A stretch of DNA of 64,000 nucleotides from Gemmatimonadota bacterium. GTDB lineage: Bacteria; Gemmatimonadota; Gemmatimonadetes; Palauibacterales; Palauibacteraceae. The stretch lies in NCBI GenBank assembly GCA_039585235.1, contig JBDGWG010000004.1, positions 7,704 through 71,703 of the forward strand, written 5' to 3'. The position numbers and the translations under genes are program-made. Positions 8,476 through 17,982 of the stretch are shown here, in pieces (the stretch's first letter is position 1; every line of letters begins with the position of its first letter). The notes below the pieces were generated by a model. The model ran no database searches and was not told the origin of the DNA. It saw only the letters and a list, made by a program, of their open reading frames with translations.

Positions 8476-11301
8476 ATGCGGCCTGCACGCCTCGTTCTGC
8501 TCGCAATTATACTGCTAGGCTTTCCCGAGGTGGCGTCAGCCCAGGAACCGGCTCGGCGGCCTCGAGAGCTCGGAGACCGTGAGCGGCTGAAACAGGAGGA
8601 GCTTCCGGCCGACGACGGAGGCCTGCCGGAGGACTCGCTCGGGCTTCCGGCCGACACGATCCCCCGAATCGACATCGAGCAGAGGCGCCAGGAGCTGGAG
8701 GCGGAAGGATACCCGGCTCGAGACGATATCTTCCGCCAGCTCAAGGACCTCACCGGATTCATGGTCTTCGAGTATCGCGGGAAGGAAGTGCGGCTAGACG
8801 TGGCGGAGCAGCGCATCGGGCTTCTCGGCGACGCTCAGGTGAACCGAGGCCCGGATGTCCTGACGGCCGACACGATCCGGTACCGTGGCAATGTCAAGTT
8901 CATGGCAGCCCTCGGGAATATCGAGTTGGTCGGCGCCGACGGTAAGGACGTGAAGAGCGACTCGGTGCTGTACTACGACCTGGCGAGCCTGAAGGGAACG
9001 GTCTTCGGGGCCGAGACGCAGTTCATGCAGGGAGCGACGACGTGGCGAATCGTGGGCGACGTGATTCCCAAGGCGCAGGACACGGTGTACGCGTCACAGG
9101 GCGCGTTCACCTCGTGCGATGTGGAGGCACCGCACTACCGGTTCCAGGCCGGCGAGATCAAGCTAGTGAACCAGGACGTGATCGTGGCCTGGCCGGTCGT
9201 GCTGTACGTGAGCAACGTTCCAGTGTTCTGGCTGCCGTTCTTCGCCCAGGACATTCGCCCCGGCCGACGCAGCGGCATCCTGCCGCCCCGGTTCGGTTTC
9301 AACGATGTCGTCCAGACCTCGGGCAGCTCGAGCCGCAACGTCACCGACTTCGGCTACTACTGGGCGATCAACGACTACACCGATCTTGAGGCGTCCATCG
9401 ACTGGTTCAGCGGCAACTTCACGCGGTTGAACGGGGCCTTCCGATATCGCTTCCTGAAACAATTCATCCGGGGGAGCATCGCCTATGGCGAGACCTTCAG
9501 CGAAACGGGCCGCAACCTGACTCTGGGCTTCAATCATGACCAGGAGCTGGGGCTGGCGACCACCCTCAGGGTGTCGGGACGCTACGTCCAGGACACACGG
9601 ACCTTTCAGGATCAGACCTACGATCCGCGCCTCCAGACCCAGACGATCGACTCCGATGCCGGGCTGAATCACCGTTTCTCGTTTGCCAACGCCTCGGTAT
9701 CCGCGCGAAGGCGACAGTTCCTCACCAGCGAGAAGACAGAACTCACTCTACCCCAGTTCAGCCTGACCTTCTCGCCCGTAACGTTGTTCGCCGCGCCTCG
9801 TGCACAGCAGGGATTCTTCAACAACATGACCTTGAACGGCTCGGGAAGCCTCCGCCGCCAGAGCACGAGTGCACCGCTCGCTACGGATCGAGCCAACACC
9901 TCCGGCGCGCTCTCGGGCGGGCTGCGGATGCAACAACTCAGCATCTCGGGGGGCGCGCGCTACGACGAGGTGCGAACGACCGAGGAGGACTCAACGGGCA
10001 TCGAGCTGCCTTCCGCGACGGTCCGGAACCTGGACTGGGACGCCGGGCTCGACTACCAGGTCAACCTGATCGGATCCTCGACGCTCAGGCCTAATGTCCG
10101 GTGGCGCGGCGGCTACTTCCGTTCACCCGATACAGCGGGGGACTTCGTCTCGATTCCCACTCAAATGAGCCTCGGGGCGACGCTGAGCACCGACGTGTTC
10201 GGCTTCTATCCCGGCTTCGGCTCATTCAGCCGGATCCGCCACAAGTTCTCGCCTGGGTTCTCGTGGGCTTATGCGCCGGGTGTGGCGGTGGATTCGGCCC
10301 GGGCTTCGATTCCCGGCTTTCCGCTGGATTCGGTGCGGGCGAGGAACACGCTCTCGTTCACTCTGAGGCAGACGTTCGAGGCCAAGGTGAGGGGTCGGGC
10401 GGCTCCGGCCGGAGGGCGCGCCGCCCCGGGTCCCGTTCCCGATCCCGGAATCACGGACCCGACGGCGGTCCCGCGGGCAGACTCCCTGGTCGCGGCGGAA
10501 GGCCTGGATCAGGAACTCGCAGCGGACTCCGTTGCAGCTGACTCGCTCGCCCGGGCTGACCTCAGCGGCCCGCCGCTAATGCCTCCACGCGATCGGGTCG
10601 TCACCTTGCTGGCGATCAACACGTCGGCCCTCGTCTTCGACTTCGAGCGGGCGAAACAGGGAGAGCCCACCCTGATCTCGCCGACCGTATCCAACAACAT
10701 CAGCTCTGATCTACTCAGGGGCCTTACGATCAACATGACCCACCGGCTGTTCGAAGGGACCGGAGTGGACCGCAGGTTCAACCTGTCGCTACAGCAGATC
10801 GCGCTCAGCTTCAGTCTGCGGTCGGGTACCAGCCTGGGTGACCTCGTGGGACTCGGGAGCGACGAGCAGCGCTCTCCCCGGGACCGGGCGTCCGTCGCGC
10901 CAACCGAGCGGGAGCCTGACGCACGAAGTGGCTTGCGCGAGTTCTATGACGCGGACCGGATGGACCCGTTCGCTGAGGGCGCCCGCGGCGGGCCGTGGAA
11001 TCTCTCGCTTCGCTATTCTCTCGTTCGTCCTCCGACCGATGGAGGGTTCGAGAGCCAGTCGGTATCCGGCAATCTTTCGTTTCATCCGACGCCGGGGTGG
11101 GCCGTCCGATGGTCCACGCAGTACAACATTACGTCAGGCGAGTTCGGCCAGCAGTTGATCAGCTTCGATCGGGACCTGCACAGGTGGAGGGCGTCCTTCC
11201 AGTTCGCCCGTTCGCCGAACGGGAACGTCATTTTCTCCGTCGGCGTACATCTCACGGATGCCCCGGAGCTCAAGGGCGACTATAAACAGCAGACCAACTG
11301 A
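8476..11301 (+). CDS. lptD: LPS-assembly protein LptD-like (OstA domain plus beta-barrel)
   Basis: Signal peptide, OstA-type strands, FTSCD..PHY, P.FWLPF..RRSGILPP, GYYWAINDY, RDLHRW near the C-terminus. Confidence 0.8.
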   Translation: MRPARLVLLAIILLGFPEVASAQEPARRPRELGDRERLKQEELPADDGGLPEDSLGLPADTIPRIDIEQRRQELEAEGYPARDDIFRQLKDLTGFMVFEYRGKEVRLDVAEQRIGLLGDAQVNRGPDVLTADTIRYRGNVKFMAALGNIELVGADGKDVKSDSVLYYDLASLKGTVFGAETQFMQGATTWRIVGDVIPKAQDTVYASQGAFTSCDVEAPHYRFQAGEIKLVNQDVIVAWPVVLYVSNVPVFWLPFFAQDIRPGRRSGILPPRFGFNDVVQTSGSSSRNVTDFGYYWAINDYTDLEASIDWFSGNFTRLNGAFRYRFLKQFIRGSIAYGETFSETGRNLTLGFNHDQELGLATTLRVSGRYVQDTRTFQDQTYDPRLQTQTIDSDAGLNHRFSFANASVSARRRQFLTSEKTELTLPQFSLTFSPVTLFAAPRAQQGFFNNMTLNGSGSLRRQSTSAPLATDRANTSGALSGGLRMQQLSISGGARYDEVRTTEEDSTGIELPSATVRNLDWDAGLDYQVNLIGSSTLRPNVRWRGGYFRSPDTAGDFVSIPTQMSLGATLSTDVFGFYPGFGSFSRIRHKFSPGFSWAYAPGVAVDSARASIPGFPLDSVRARNTLSFTLRQTFEAKVRGRAAPAGGRAAPGPVPDPGITDPTAVPRADSLVAAEGLDQELAADSVAADSLARADLSGPPLMPPRDRVVTLLAINTSALVFDFERAKQGEPTLISPTVSNNISSDLLRGLTINMTHRLFEGTGVDRRFNLSLQQIALSFSLRSGTSLGDLVGLGSDEQRSPRDRASVAPTEREPDARSGLREFYDADRMDPFAEGARGGPWNLSLRYSLVRPPTDGGFESQSVSGNLSFHPTPGWAVRWSTQYNITSGEFGQQLISFDRDLHRWRASFQFARSPNGNVIFSVGVHLTDAPELKGDYKQQTN

Positions 11302-11473
11302 GGGCGGTGAGGGCGCAGTGGCCGAATTCTTGAACTAACCCGACCGGGAATCCACGTGAGCCGACGCGGGCAGCGGATTCGCCGCCGCTCCGTGGGAAGA
11401 GCTTGCGTATCCCTGGACTTTGTACGCGCTCGACGACGGCCGATGGTTGGAGCAATGTGGTAGCGCTTCCACG

Positions 11474-14263
11474 ATGTCGGAGGAACAGGCCCGGATGACA
11501 AGGCGTCACCAGCTCAAGAATGAAGCCCGCAGGGCTGAGCAGCGGTCCGATTGGGCTCGAGCGATCGAGCTGTACAAGACCGCGATTCGTCTCGAGGATG
11601 AGGACGAGTCCGGGCCTGACGTCGGGGTCTACAATCGGGTCGGTGACCTGTACCTGAAGCAGGGCAATACGGCAGCTGCCATCGAGTACTATGAGCAGGC
11701 CGTCGACCACTACCGGTCCCACGGGCTCCACACTTCCGCTATCGCGCTCTGCAACAAGATTTTGCGAATCGCTCCAGACCGCGACGAGGTGTACGGGCGC
11801 CTTGCACGATTACACGCGTCCACGGGCCTGCTCGCAGAGGCCAAGAGCGCGTTCCTCCGATTCGCCGCTCGAATGCGGGAAACCAATCGGCTGAGCGAGG
11901 CGCTGGAGGCAGTCCAGGATCTGGTCAGCCTGACGGGAGACGAAGAGATCCGCACGGCCTTTGCCGAGCAGCTCGCCGGGGCGGACCTCAAGGCTCAAGC
12001 CGTAGCCCAGCTCCGGCTGGTGTACGAGGCCAGGGTAGCCGGAGGACGCAACGCCCAGGACATTCGCGAGAAGATCCTCGCGCTCGATCCCGAGGCTGAT
12101 CCTGCAGGGAGCGCGGCGGCCCCCCCGCCGCGTGCTACGCCGACGCCGGAGCCGCCGGCATCGGATCTTCAACTCTCAGACCTCGGTCCGGCGGATCCCA
12201 TAGCCCATCCGGTCGTCACCGAGGCCACGGAAGTACTCGCCGGGGGGGCAGACTTGCCGGATGACGAGGCCGAGGGAGATGTGGGTGTCGAGTCCGTGCT
12301 CACGAAGTTCCGCTCTCAGGTGCGGGAGATCGTGGAGGAGACGGACCACGCGGTACACTACGACCTGGGCGTCGCCTACAAGGGCATGGGGCTGCTCGAT
12401 GATGCGATCGGGGAGTTTCGGCTGGCCATGCAGAGTCCCGCCTTGATGGAATCTGCCCACGCCTTGCTGGGCGAGTGCATTCGATCGCGGGGGGGGACCG
12501 AGGACTCGGACGCACTGGGACAGGCGCTCGAGGAGGACTACGAGCCGGGCCTTCCGCTCTCCACGACGGATGACTTCATGATGGGCCAGACCCTCGATCT
12601 GGGGGTTTCCACGACTCCGGACCTTGCCGACTCCGAAGTCGATGAGACGATCGTCGACGGGGGACTCGATACCCCGGAGAAGAGCACCCCTGTCGATGAT
12701 CCGGTCAGCGATCCGTTGGCCGACGTGGCGCCGGACACCTCCGTCCGGGCCGAAGAAGATGACCTGGCCGACATGCTCTTCCAGGCTCGGCTCGCCCAGC
12801 ACCGGGCGCGGGCCGCAGCCGAAGCAGGTCAGGTCGATCACCAGGCTCACCTGGCGCTCGGGCAGACCTATTGGCGGATGGGATTGCTGACAGAAGCGGT
12901 TCGGGACCTGGTGATGGCGCTCGATGGACCGGCCGGCGTCGAGACCGAGGCGCTCGACACGTTGGAGCGAATCGCCTTCTCCGAGGCGATCGATGCGGAC
13001 GTGCTGCGGGAGGCTCTCACCTGCCTGATGGGGCGTGATCGGCATGACGCCGCTGTCACGGCGGGCCGCGACTTCCTGCAACGTCCGGGCATTCGAGAGG
13101 TGGATCGCCAAGCGGTTCTGACCCTGCTGCCGCCGGAGGAACCGTCACAGGCAGCCGAACGGCCGCCGGAATCCCAGCCTCACCCCAAGGAAGCGGTCGC
13201 CGAGCTCCGTGACATCTACGCCGAATTGGACGCCGTTGCAGGCGACGAACTCGATCCCGCGGCCTATGAATCGCCTCGCGACGCCGGTCCTGCTGCGGAC
13301 TCGACCGGGAAACCGGTCGGAGTGCCTTCCGGGGCGCCGGAATCGGAGCCGTCCCCGGCCGGCGATGATCCCGCCGCCGTGTTCGGCGAGGCCGAAGGTC
13401 TTCGCGCAGCCGGCCGGATGGACGAGGCCGCATCGCACTACTACAGAGCTCTCGAGATGTTCGAGAAGAAACGCGATGCGATTAACGCGATCCGGGCCGT
13501 GGATCGGTTGCTCGGCCTGCGACCGGATGACGTAGTCCTGCATCACCAGAGGACCGAGTTCGCGATCATGACGAACGACCGGGACCTTCTCGTTTCGTCT
13601 TATCTCGATCTGGCGGCCTGTCTCCGAAGGCAGAACGGCTACCGAAGTGCACGTACGGTGTACGGCCGCATCTTCGATTTGGATCCACATAACGCGGAGG
13701 CGAGGGCCGGAATCGCGGCGGTCGACGCGGATGAGCTCGCGCGTGAACGACGGAGGCAGCAGCAGCCCGACGAAAGAGCTTCAGGAGGATCGACTTCCGT
13801 TCCGGCCCGGGAATCAGGCGAGGAAGCGGATCGACCGCGCGGCGAGCTCGACGAGATGTTCCTGGATCTGCGGGAGGACGCGGGGGAAGTCAACGAGTAC
13901 GCGCCGGACTACGAGTCACACTACGAGCTCGGGATCGCCTTCCGGCAGATGGAGATGTGGGACGAGGCCGCGCGTGAGTTCAAACTGGCCGTGCAGGGCA
14001 TGGCCGATCCCCTTCCGGCCTACGAGCACCTTGGAGAGTCTCTGCTGGCGCTTCGACGCTACGACGAGGCCCGGAGGACGCTCGGGGTGGCCGCCACGCA
14101 GCCCGGGCAGGATCAGGAGAAGGTCGGCGTCCTCTTTTACCTCGGCGTCGCCCACCTGAGGGCCGGTGACCGAGCCTCTGCCCGGACCTGTCTGGAGAGT
14201 GTGCTGCAGATCGACCCTTCACGGGCCGACGCCGCTCAACTGTTGTCCACACTTCCCGCGTGA
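11474..14263 (+). CDS. Large cytoplasmic TPR protein with acidic linkers
   Basis: Multiple TPRs; three HY(D/E)LG.A(Y/F)..M(G/E)-like motifs; no signal peptide. Confidence 0.85.
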   Translation: MSEEQARMTRRHQLKNEARRAEQRSDWARAIELYKTAIRLEDEDESGPDVGVYNRVGDLYLKQGNTAAAIEYYEQAVDHYRSHGLHTSAIALCNKILRIAPDRDEVYGRLARLHASTGLLAEAKSAFLRFAARMRETNRLSEALEAVQDLVSLTGDEEIRTAFAEQLAGADLKAQAVAQLRLVYEARVAGGRNAQDIREKILALDPEADPAGSAAAPPPRATPTPEPPASDLQLSDLGPADPIAHPVVTEATEVLAGGADLPDDEAEGDVGVESVLTKFRSQVREIVEETDHAVHYDLGVAYKGMGLLDDAIGEFRLAMQSPALMESAHALLGECIRSRGGTEDSDALGQALEEDYEPGLPLSTTDDFMMGQTLDLGVSTTPDLADSEVDETIVDGGLDTPEKSTPVDDPVSDPLADVAPDTSVRAEEDDLADMLFQARLAQHRARAAAEAGQVDHQAHLALGQTYWRMGLLTEAVRDLVMALDGPAGVETEALDTLERIAFSEAIDADVLREALTCLMGRDRHDAAVTAGRDFLQRPGIREVDRQAVLTLLPPEEPSQAAERPPESQPHPKEAVAELRDIYAELDAVAGDELDPAAYESPRDAGPAADSTGKPVGVPSGAPESEPSPAGDDPAAVFGEAEGLRAAGRMDEAASHYYRALEMFEKKRDAINAIRAVDRLLGLRPDDVVLHHQRTEFAIMTNDRDLLVSSYLDLAACLRRQNGYRSARTVYGRIFDLDPHNAEARAGIAAVDADELARERRRQQQPDERASGGSTSVPARESGEEADRPRGELDEMFLDLREDAGEVNEYAPDYESHYELGIAFRQMEMWDEAAREFKLAVQGMADPLPAYEHLGESLLALRRYDEARRTLGVAATQPGQDQEKVGVLFYLGVAHLRAGDRASARTCLESVLQIDPSRADAAQLLSTLPA

Positions 14264-14272
14264 CGGTATAAT
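14243..14272 (+). promoter_or_regulatory. Sigma70-like promoter overlapping the TPR gene end
   Basis: TTGTCC-N18-TATAAT about 55 nt upstream of the polyprenyl synthase ATG. Confidence 0.6.
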
Positions 14273-14327
14273 CCGGTCGATCGCGCGTCCGCAGGGTGGA
14301 CGCGCCACCGGTCTACCGGGGAGGCAG

Positions 14328-15314
14328 ATGCTCGACGCCGCAATACCGACACTGGAGGGGTTGCAGGAACCCATCGCGGTGAGGCTCGCGGAAGTGCAGG
14401 GTACGCTCGCGGCCATGGTCGAGGCCGACTTCGGGGCGGTGAACGAGGTCAGCGACTACCTCCTGTCCGCGCGGGGCAAGTTGCTGCGCCCGACTCTCGT
14501 GCTCCTGTGCAATGCGGTGGGAGGCCGGCCGGCACCGGAAGCCGTTCGATTGGCCGCGGTCGTGGAACTGATGCACGTTGCGACTCTGGTGCACGACGAT
14601 GCGGTGGACCACTCTCCGGAGCGCCGCGGGATGCCTACGGTGAACTCGCGGTGGAGCCACCAGGTCGCCGTGATCATGGGGGATTACCTCTACTCCCGAG
14701 CCCTGGTGGAGATCACGGGACTGGGCCGGATCGAGGCGATTCGCCTGCTGGCCGAAGCCTCCAATCGGATGTCGATCGGGGAGATGCTTCAGTTGGCCGC
14801 CCACGACACGTTGGGCGCGAGTGAGGCCGATTACTACCTTCTGTGCGACAGGAAGACCGCCTCCCTGATCAGCGCCGCCTGTGAGCTGGGTGCGATGTAC
14901 GGAGCGCCGCGGTACCGTGAAACGCTGGCCGCCTACGGGCGCGACCTTGGGATGACCTTCCAGATCACGGACGATCTTCTCGACTACACGCAGACCGCAG
15001 ACGTCACGGGAAAACCGAGCGGGCTCGACCTGAGGGAGCACAAGGTGACCCTCCCCTTGATCGCCGCTCTACCAACGTTGGATGCAGTCGGCCGGTCGGT
15101 CGTCGAGGACGTGTTTGCCGATCCGCACCCGTCGGAAGACAAGATCGATCAGGTCGTCAGGCTCGTCCGGGACGCCGGCGGGCTGGAATTTGCGCAGCGA
15201 AAAGCCCGTGATTACGCTGACGCGGCCAAGGGACGTCTGGACACGCTGCCGGACGAACCGGCTGTTCGCATATTGGATCACGCTGTGGACTTCGTAGTGG
15301 GACGTAGCAAATGA
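14328..15314 (+). CDS. Trans-polyprenyl diphosphate synthase (IspB-like)
   Basis: GKLLRP, first Asp-rich motif HDDAVD..RRG, KTA, second motif FQITDDLLD; GGGGAGG RBS. Confidence 0.95.
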   Translation: MLDAAIPTLEGLQEPIAVRLAEVQGTLAAMVEADFGAVNEVSDYLLSARGKLLRPTLVLLCNAVGGRPAPEAVRLAAVVELMHVATLVHDDAVDHSPERRGMPTVNSRWSHQVAVIMGDYLYSRALVEITGLGRIEAIRLLAEASNRMSIGEMLQLAAHDTLGASEADYYLLCDRKTASLISAACELGAMYGAPRYRETLAAYGRDLGMTFQITDDLLDYTQTADVTGKPSGLDLREHKVTLPLIAALPTLDAVGRSVVEDVFADPHPSEDKIDQVVRLVRDAGGLEFAQRKARDYADAAKGRLDTLPDEPAVRILDHAVDFVVGRSK

Positions 15315-15598
15315 CCGTGGACTTCGGAGGTAGGCGCAGACCGTCGGCCAAGAGGGTCACACTCATCGTGGCCGGAGGCATGATGTTGGGGGCACTGCTC
15401 GCAGAGCTGATGGCCCTGGCCCTGCCCGCCAGCGCCGCGCGCGAATTCTTCGTGACGACGGTGGCCGCGTCCCTCGGGCCTCTGACCATCGACCTTCTCG
15501 TTGTCGCTATGACGGTGGGTCCGCTCGTAATCCGACTGAACATTCTCAGCGTCGTCGGCATACTACTACTCGCGTGGTTCGCGAAGTCGCTTCTGTAG
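15311..15598 (+). CDS. Small membrane protein (DUF4321-like)
   Basis: Hydrophobic 95 aa with P.TIDL.V..T.G..I.LNILS..G pattern; ATGA overlap with the upstream gene. Confidence 0.7.
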   Translation: MTVDFGGRRRPSAKRVTLIVAGGMMLGALLAELMALALPASAAREFFVTTVAASLGPLTIDLLVVAMTVGPLVIRLNILSVVGILLLAWFAKSLL

Positions 15599-15623
15599 GC
15601 CACTGACATCGGAAGGAAGAACC

Positions 15624-15857
15624 ATGTTTGGTAATCTCGGGATGTGGGAAGTGCTCATCATCCTCTTCATCGTGCTGCTACTGTTCGGCGCTCGCCGCCT
15701 GCCCGAGATCGGTGGCTCACTCGGCAAGGGGATCCGGGAATTCAAGGGTTCCCTGAAGGAGGTCGAGGGCGAGCTGAAGGAGCTCGGCAGTTCCGATACG
15801 GCGTCGGGCAATGAGCAGAAACAGGAAAGCCAGACGGAAGCCCAACCGCGAGCCTGA
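15624..15857 (+). CDS. tatA: TatA/E translocase subunit
   Basis: LG.WE..IIL.IVLLLFGA.RLPEIG.SLGKGIREFK. Confidence 0.96.
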   Translation: MFGNLGMWEVLIILFIVLLLFGARRLPEIGGSLGKGIREFKGSLKEVEGELKELGSSDTASGNEQKQESQTEAQPRA

Positions 15858-15906
15858 TATCCGCGAGGTAGGAAGCGAGCCGTTTGGCCCGCTTCCCGTG
15901 TGGCGG

Positions 15907-17727
15907 TTACGACGCCGCGGCCTGCCGGTTCAACCTGTCTCGACGATCCACGATCGTTGCCGTCTCCCGGAGGCCCTCGATCCACCGAGTGACGTTCGTC
16001 TGTGCCGCCTGTAGCTGCATCTGCGACCTGAGCTGCTCCCGGACCGCGACGAACAGCTCGGGACTGGCCTGCGTGCGATCGTCCACTCGCAGGAAGACGA
16101 CGGCGTCGCCTGCATCGAGAGGGCCGGCTATCTCTCCGAGAGGCGTTGCGAACGCCGCTCCCACGGCTTCGGTGTTCCGACCGAGGCCGGCGGCGAACTG
16201 TCGGCGCGTGAAGGGCCCTGCCGTGCCGATCGTCCAGTCGAAGCGGGCGGCCGCGTCTTCGAGATTCAGACCGGTCTCCAGGTCGGTCCAACGGTTCCGC
16301 GCTGCTTGCAGGCCAGCCTCGCGTCGCCTCTCGCGAGCCAGGGTCTCGCGAACCTGGTCTCGCACTTCATCGAAGCTGAAGGTCCCGCCAGGAACTCGCC
16401 CCGACACCTCGATCATGTGGTAGCCTGAGGCGTTCTGGAAGAACTCGCTGACCTCGTCGAGCGGGGAGAGCGGGTCGAGAGACCAGTCCACCGCCACGCC
16501 CAACGCGCCGGCGCCCGGAACGAAGTCGAAACCCTCAGTCACCGTGACGTCCGCCGCGATCGGCACGCCGAGCGAGTCGGCGGCCTTGGCCAGTCCGTGG
16601 ATCAGGGCTGCGCCTTCGAACTCGTCCATGAGATCGAAGGTCTCATCCTCACCGTCCGGCGACAGCTCGATGGGGAGCAGGATGTGCGACACGGCAACGG
16701 TGTCGCCCGAGCGGTCCGTGACCCGCAACAGGTGAAATCCCTGCGGGGACAGGACGGGTTCGGTCACGTCGCCTGCCGGCAGGCCATCCACTGCTTCCTC
16801 GAAGGCAGGAAGCAGTTCCCCGGGGCCGAATCGTCCGAGCTGGCCGCCGGCCTCTCGGGTGCTGGCGTCAGCGGACGACTGAGCCGCGGCCTCTTCGAAT
16901 GTCAAGGCGCCGTCCATCACGGAGACGCGGATCGAGTCCGCCAACGCACGCGCGTACGTGGTGTCACGCGCCCCGGGGGTGGTCGGGAAGCTCACGATGC
17001 CGATCGTCGCCGTGGCCGGCCGCTCGTAGTCCTCGACATGGTCCCGATAGTACGCTCGCATCTCCGACTCGGGCACATCCACCGGGGGATCCTGGCTCGC
17101 CGGCACCGTGGCGAAGGTGACCGTGGCTGCCTCGTTGCGATCCCTGAACTCCTGCCACAGCTCCGCATCGCTGATCGCTCCGCCTTGCTGAAGCATCTGG
17201 CCGAGCCTGGCCCGTGGGAGAGTCTGCCGGTAATAGGACTCAATCTGGAGCAGGATCTGCTCGTCCACGCTCGGATCCGAGAAGAACTGCTGGTACTTGG
17301 CGTAGTCGAACACCCCGTCGGTCATGAACGCCGGATAGCGCATCAGGTCCGGCGGCGGCGACAGCCGGAACGCCTGCTGCACCTCGGCGTCCGTGACCTC
17401 GATCCCGAGCCGGTCGATCTCCTGTTCGATGAGCACGTCCTGGATCAGCTGATCCCAGGCCAATCGCTCTACCTGGCGCGTCTCCTCGTCGGTCATCACG
17501 GCGCCACCGCTTGCCGCGCGAGCGTTGTTCAGGGCCAGTTCGAGAGTGTTGCTCCACTGCACGTACCGGATTTCCTGGCCATTCACGACCGCGATCACGG
17601 GGTTCGCCCCGACCGCCGCCTGCGTGTCCCTGCTCTGGACCCAGTCGAGCACCAGCCATGCCGCGAACGCCACTGCCAGGAAGAGCATGATCCATTTCGT
17701 GTTCGCCCGTATCGAGCGCATCATCAT
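15907..17727 (-). CDS. SurA-N/parvulin peptidyl-prolyl isomerase (PpiD-like)
   Basis: N-terminal TM, AVVNGQEI SurA-N domain, rotamase motif FEEAA..S.D..GGQLG..FE..S.QGFHL. Confidence 0.9.
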   Translation of the reverse strand: MMMRSIRANTKWIMLFLAVAFAAWLVLDWVQSRDTQAAVGANPVIAVVNGQEIRYVQWSNTLELALNNARAASGGAVMTDEETRQVERLAWDQLIQDVLIEQEIDRLGIEVTDAEVQQAFRLSPPPDLMRYPAFMTDGVFDYAKYQQFFSDPSVDEQILLQIESYYRQTLPRARLGQMLQQGGAISDAELWQEFRDRNEAATVTFATVPASQDPPVDVPESEMRAYYRDHVEDYERPATATIGIVSFPTTPGARDTTYARALADSIRVSVMDGALTFEEAAAQSSADASTREAGGQLGRFGPGELLPAFEEAVDGLPAGDVTEPVLSPQGFHLLRVTDRSGDTVAVSHILLPIELSPDGEDETFDLMDEFEGAALIHGLAKAADSLGVPIAADVTVTEGFDFVPGAGALGVAVDWSLDPLSPLDEVSEFFQNASGYHMIEVSGRVPGGTFSFDEVRDQVRETLARERRREAGLQAARNRWTDLETGLNLEDAAARFDWTIGTAGPFTRRQFAAGLGRNTEAVGAAFATPLGEIAGPLDAGDAVVFLRVDDRTQASPELFVAVREQLRSQMQLQAAQTNVTRWIEGLRETATIVDRRDRLNRQAAAS

Positions 17728-17890
17728 ACGACTACCGACTCCTTCTATGTCCTGATATCAGGAACGCGATCCAACGTCATTCAATGCGGGGTTGAGAACG
17801 CCCCTGTCATCCACCTCATTGTCAGAGATAGAAGCGGAAAAACCTATTCCGACATGCCGGGACAGGCAATACGAACTGCGTCCACGCGCG

Positions 17891-17920
17891 TTGACACTGG
17901 CAAACGCCGGCCGGTAACTT
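17891..17920 (+). promoter_or_regulatory. Sigma70-like promoter for the TPR-aroQ-efp-acc operon
   Basis: TTGACA-N18-TAACTT upstream of ATG 17983. Confidence 0.55.
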
Positions 17921-17982
17921 CCTCGCGTTCCCGGGCCGGACCAGTGATTCCCCGATCCCGTTCAACGGACGCAGAAAGCGCC

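Noticed and set aside
16597-17982. N-terminal half of the 890-aa plus-strand ORF
   Set aside because: It is mostly antisense to the SurA/PpiD gene; the real TPR gene starts at 17983 after its own promoter
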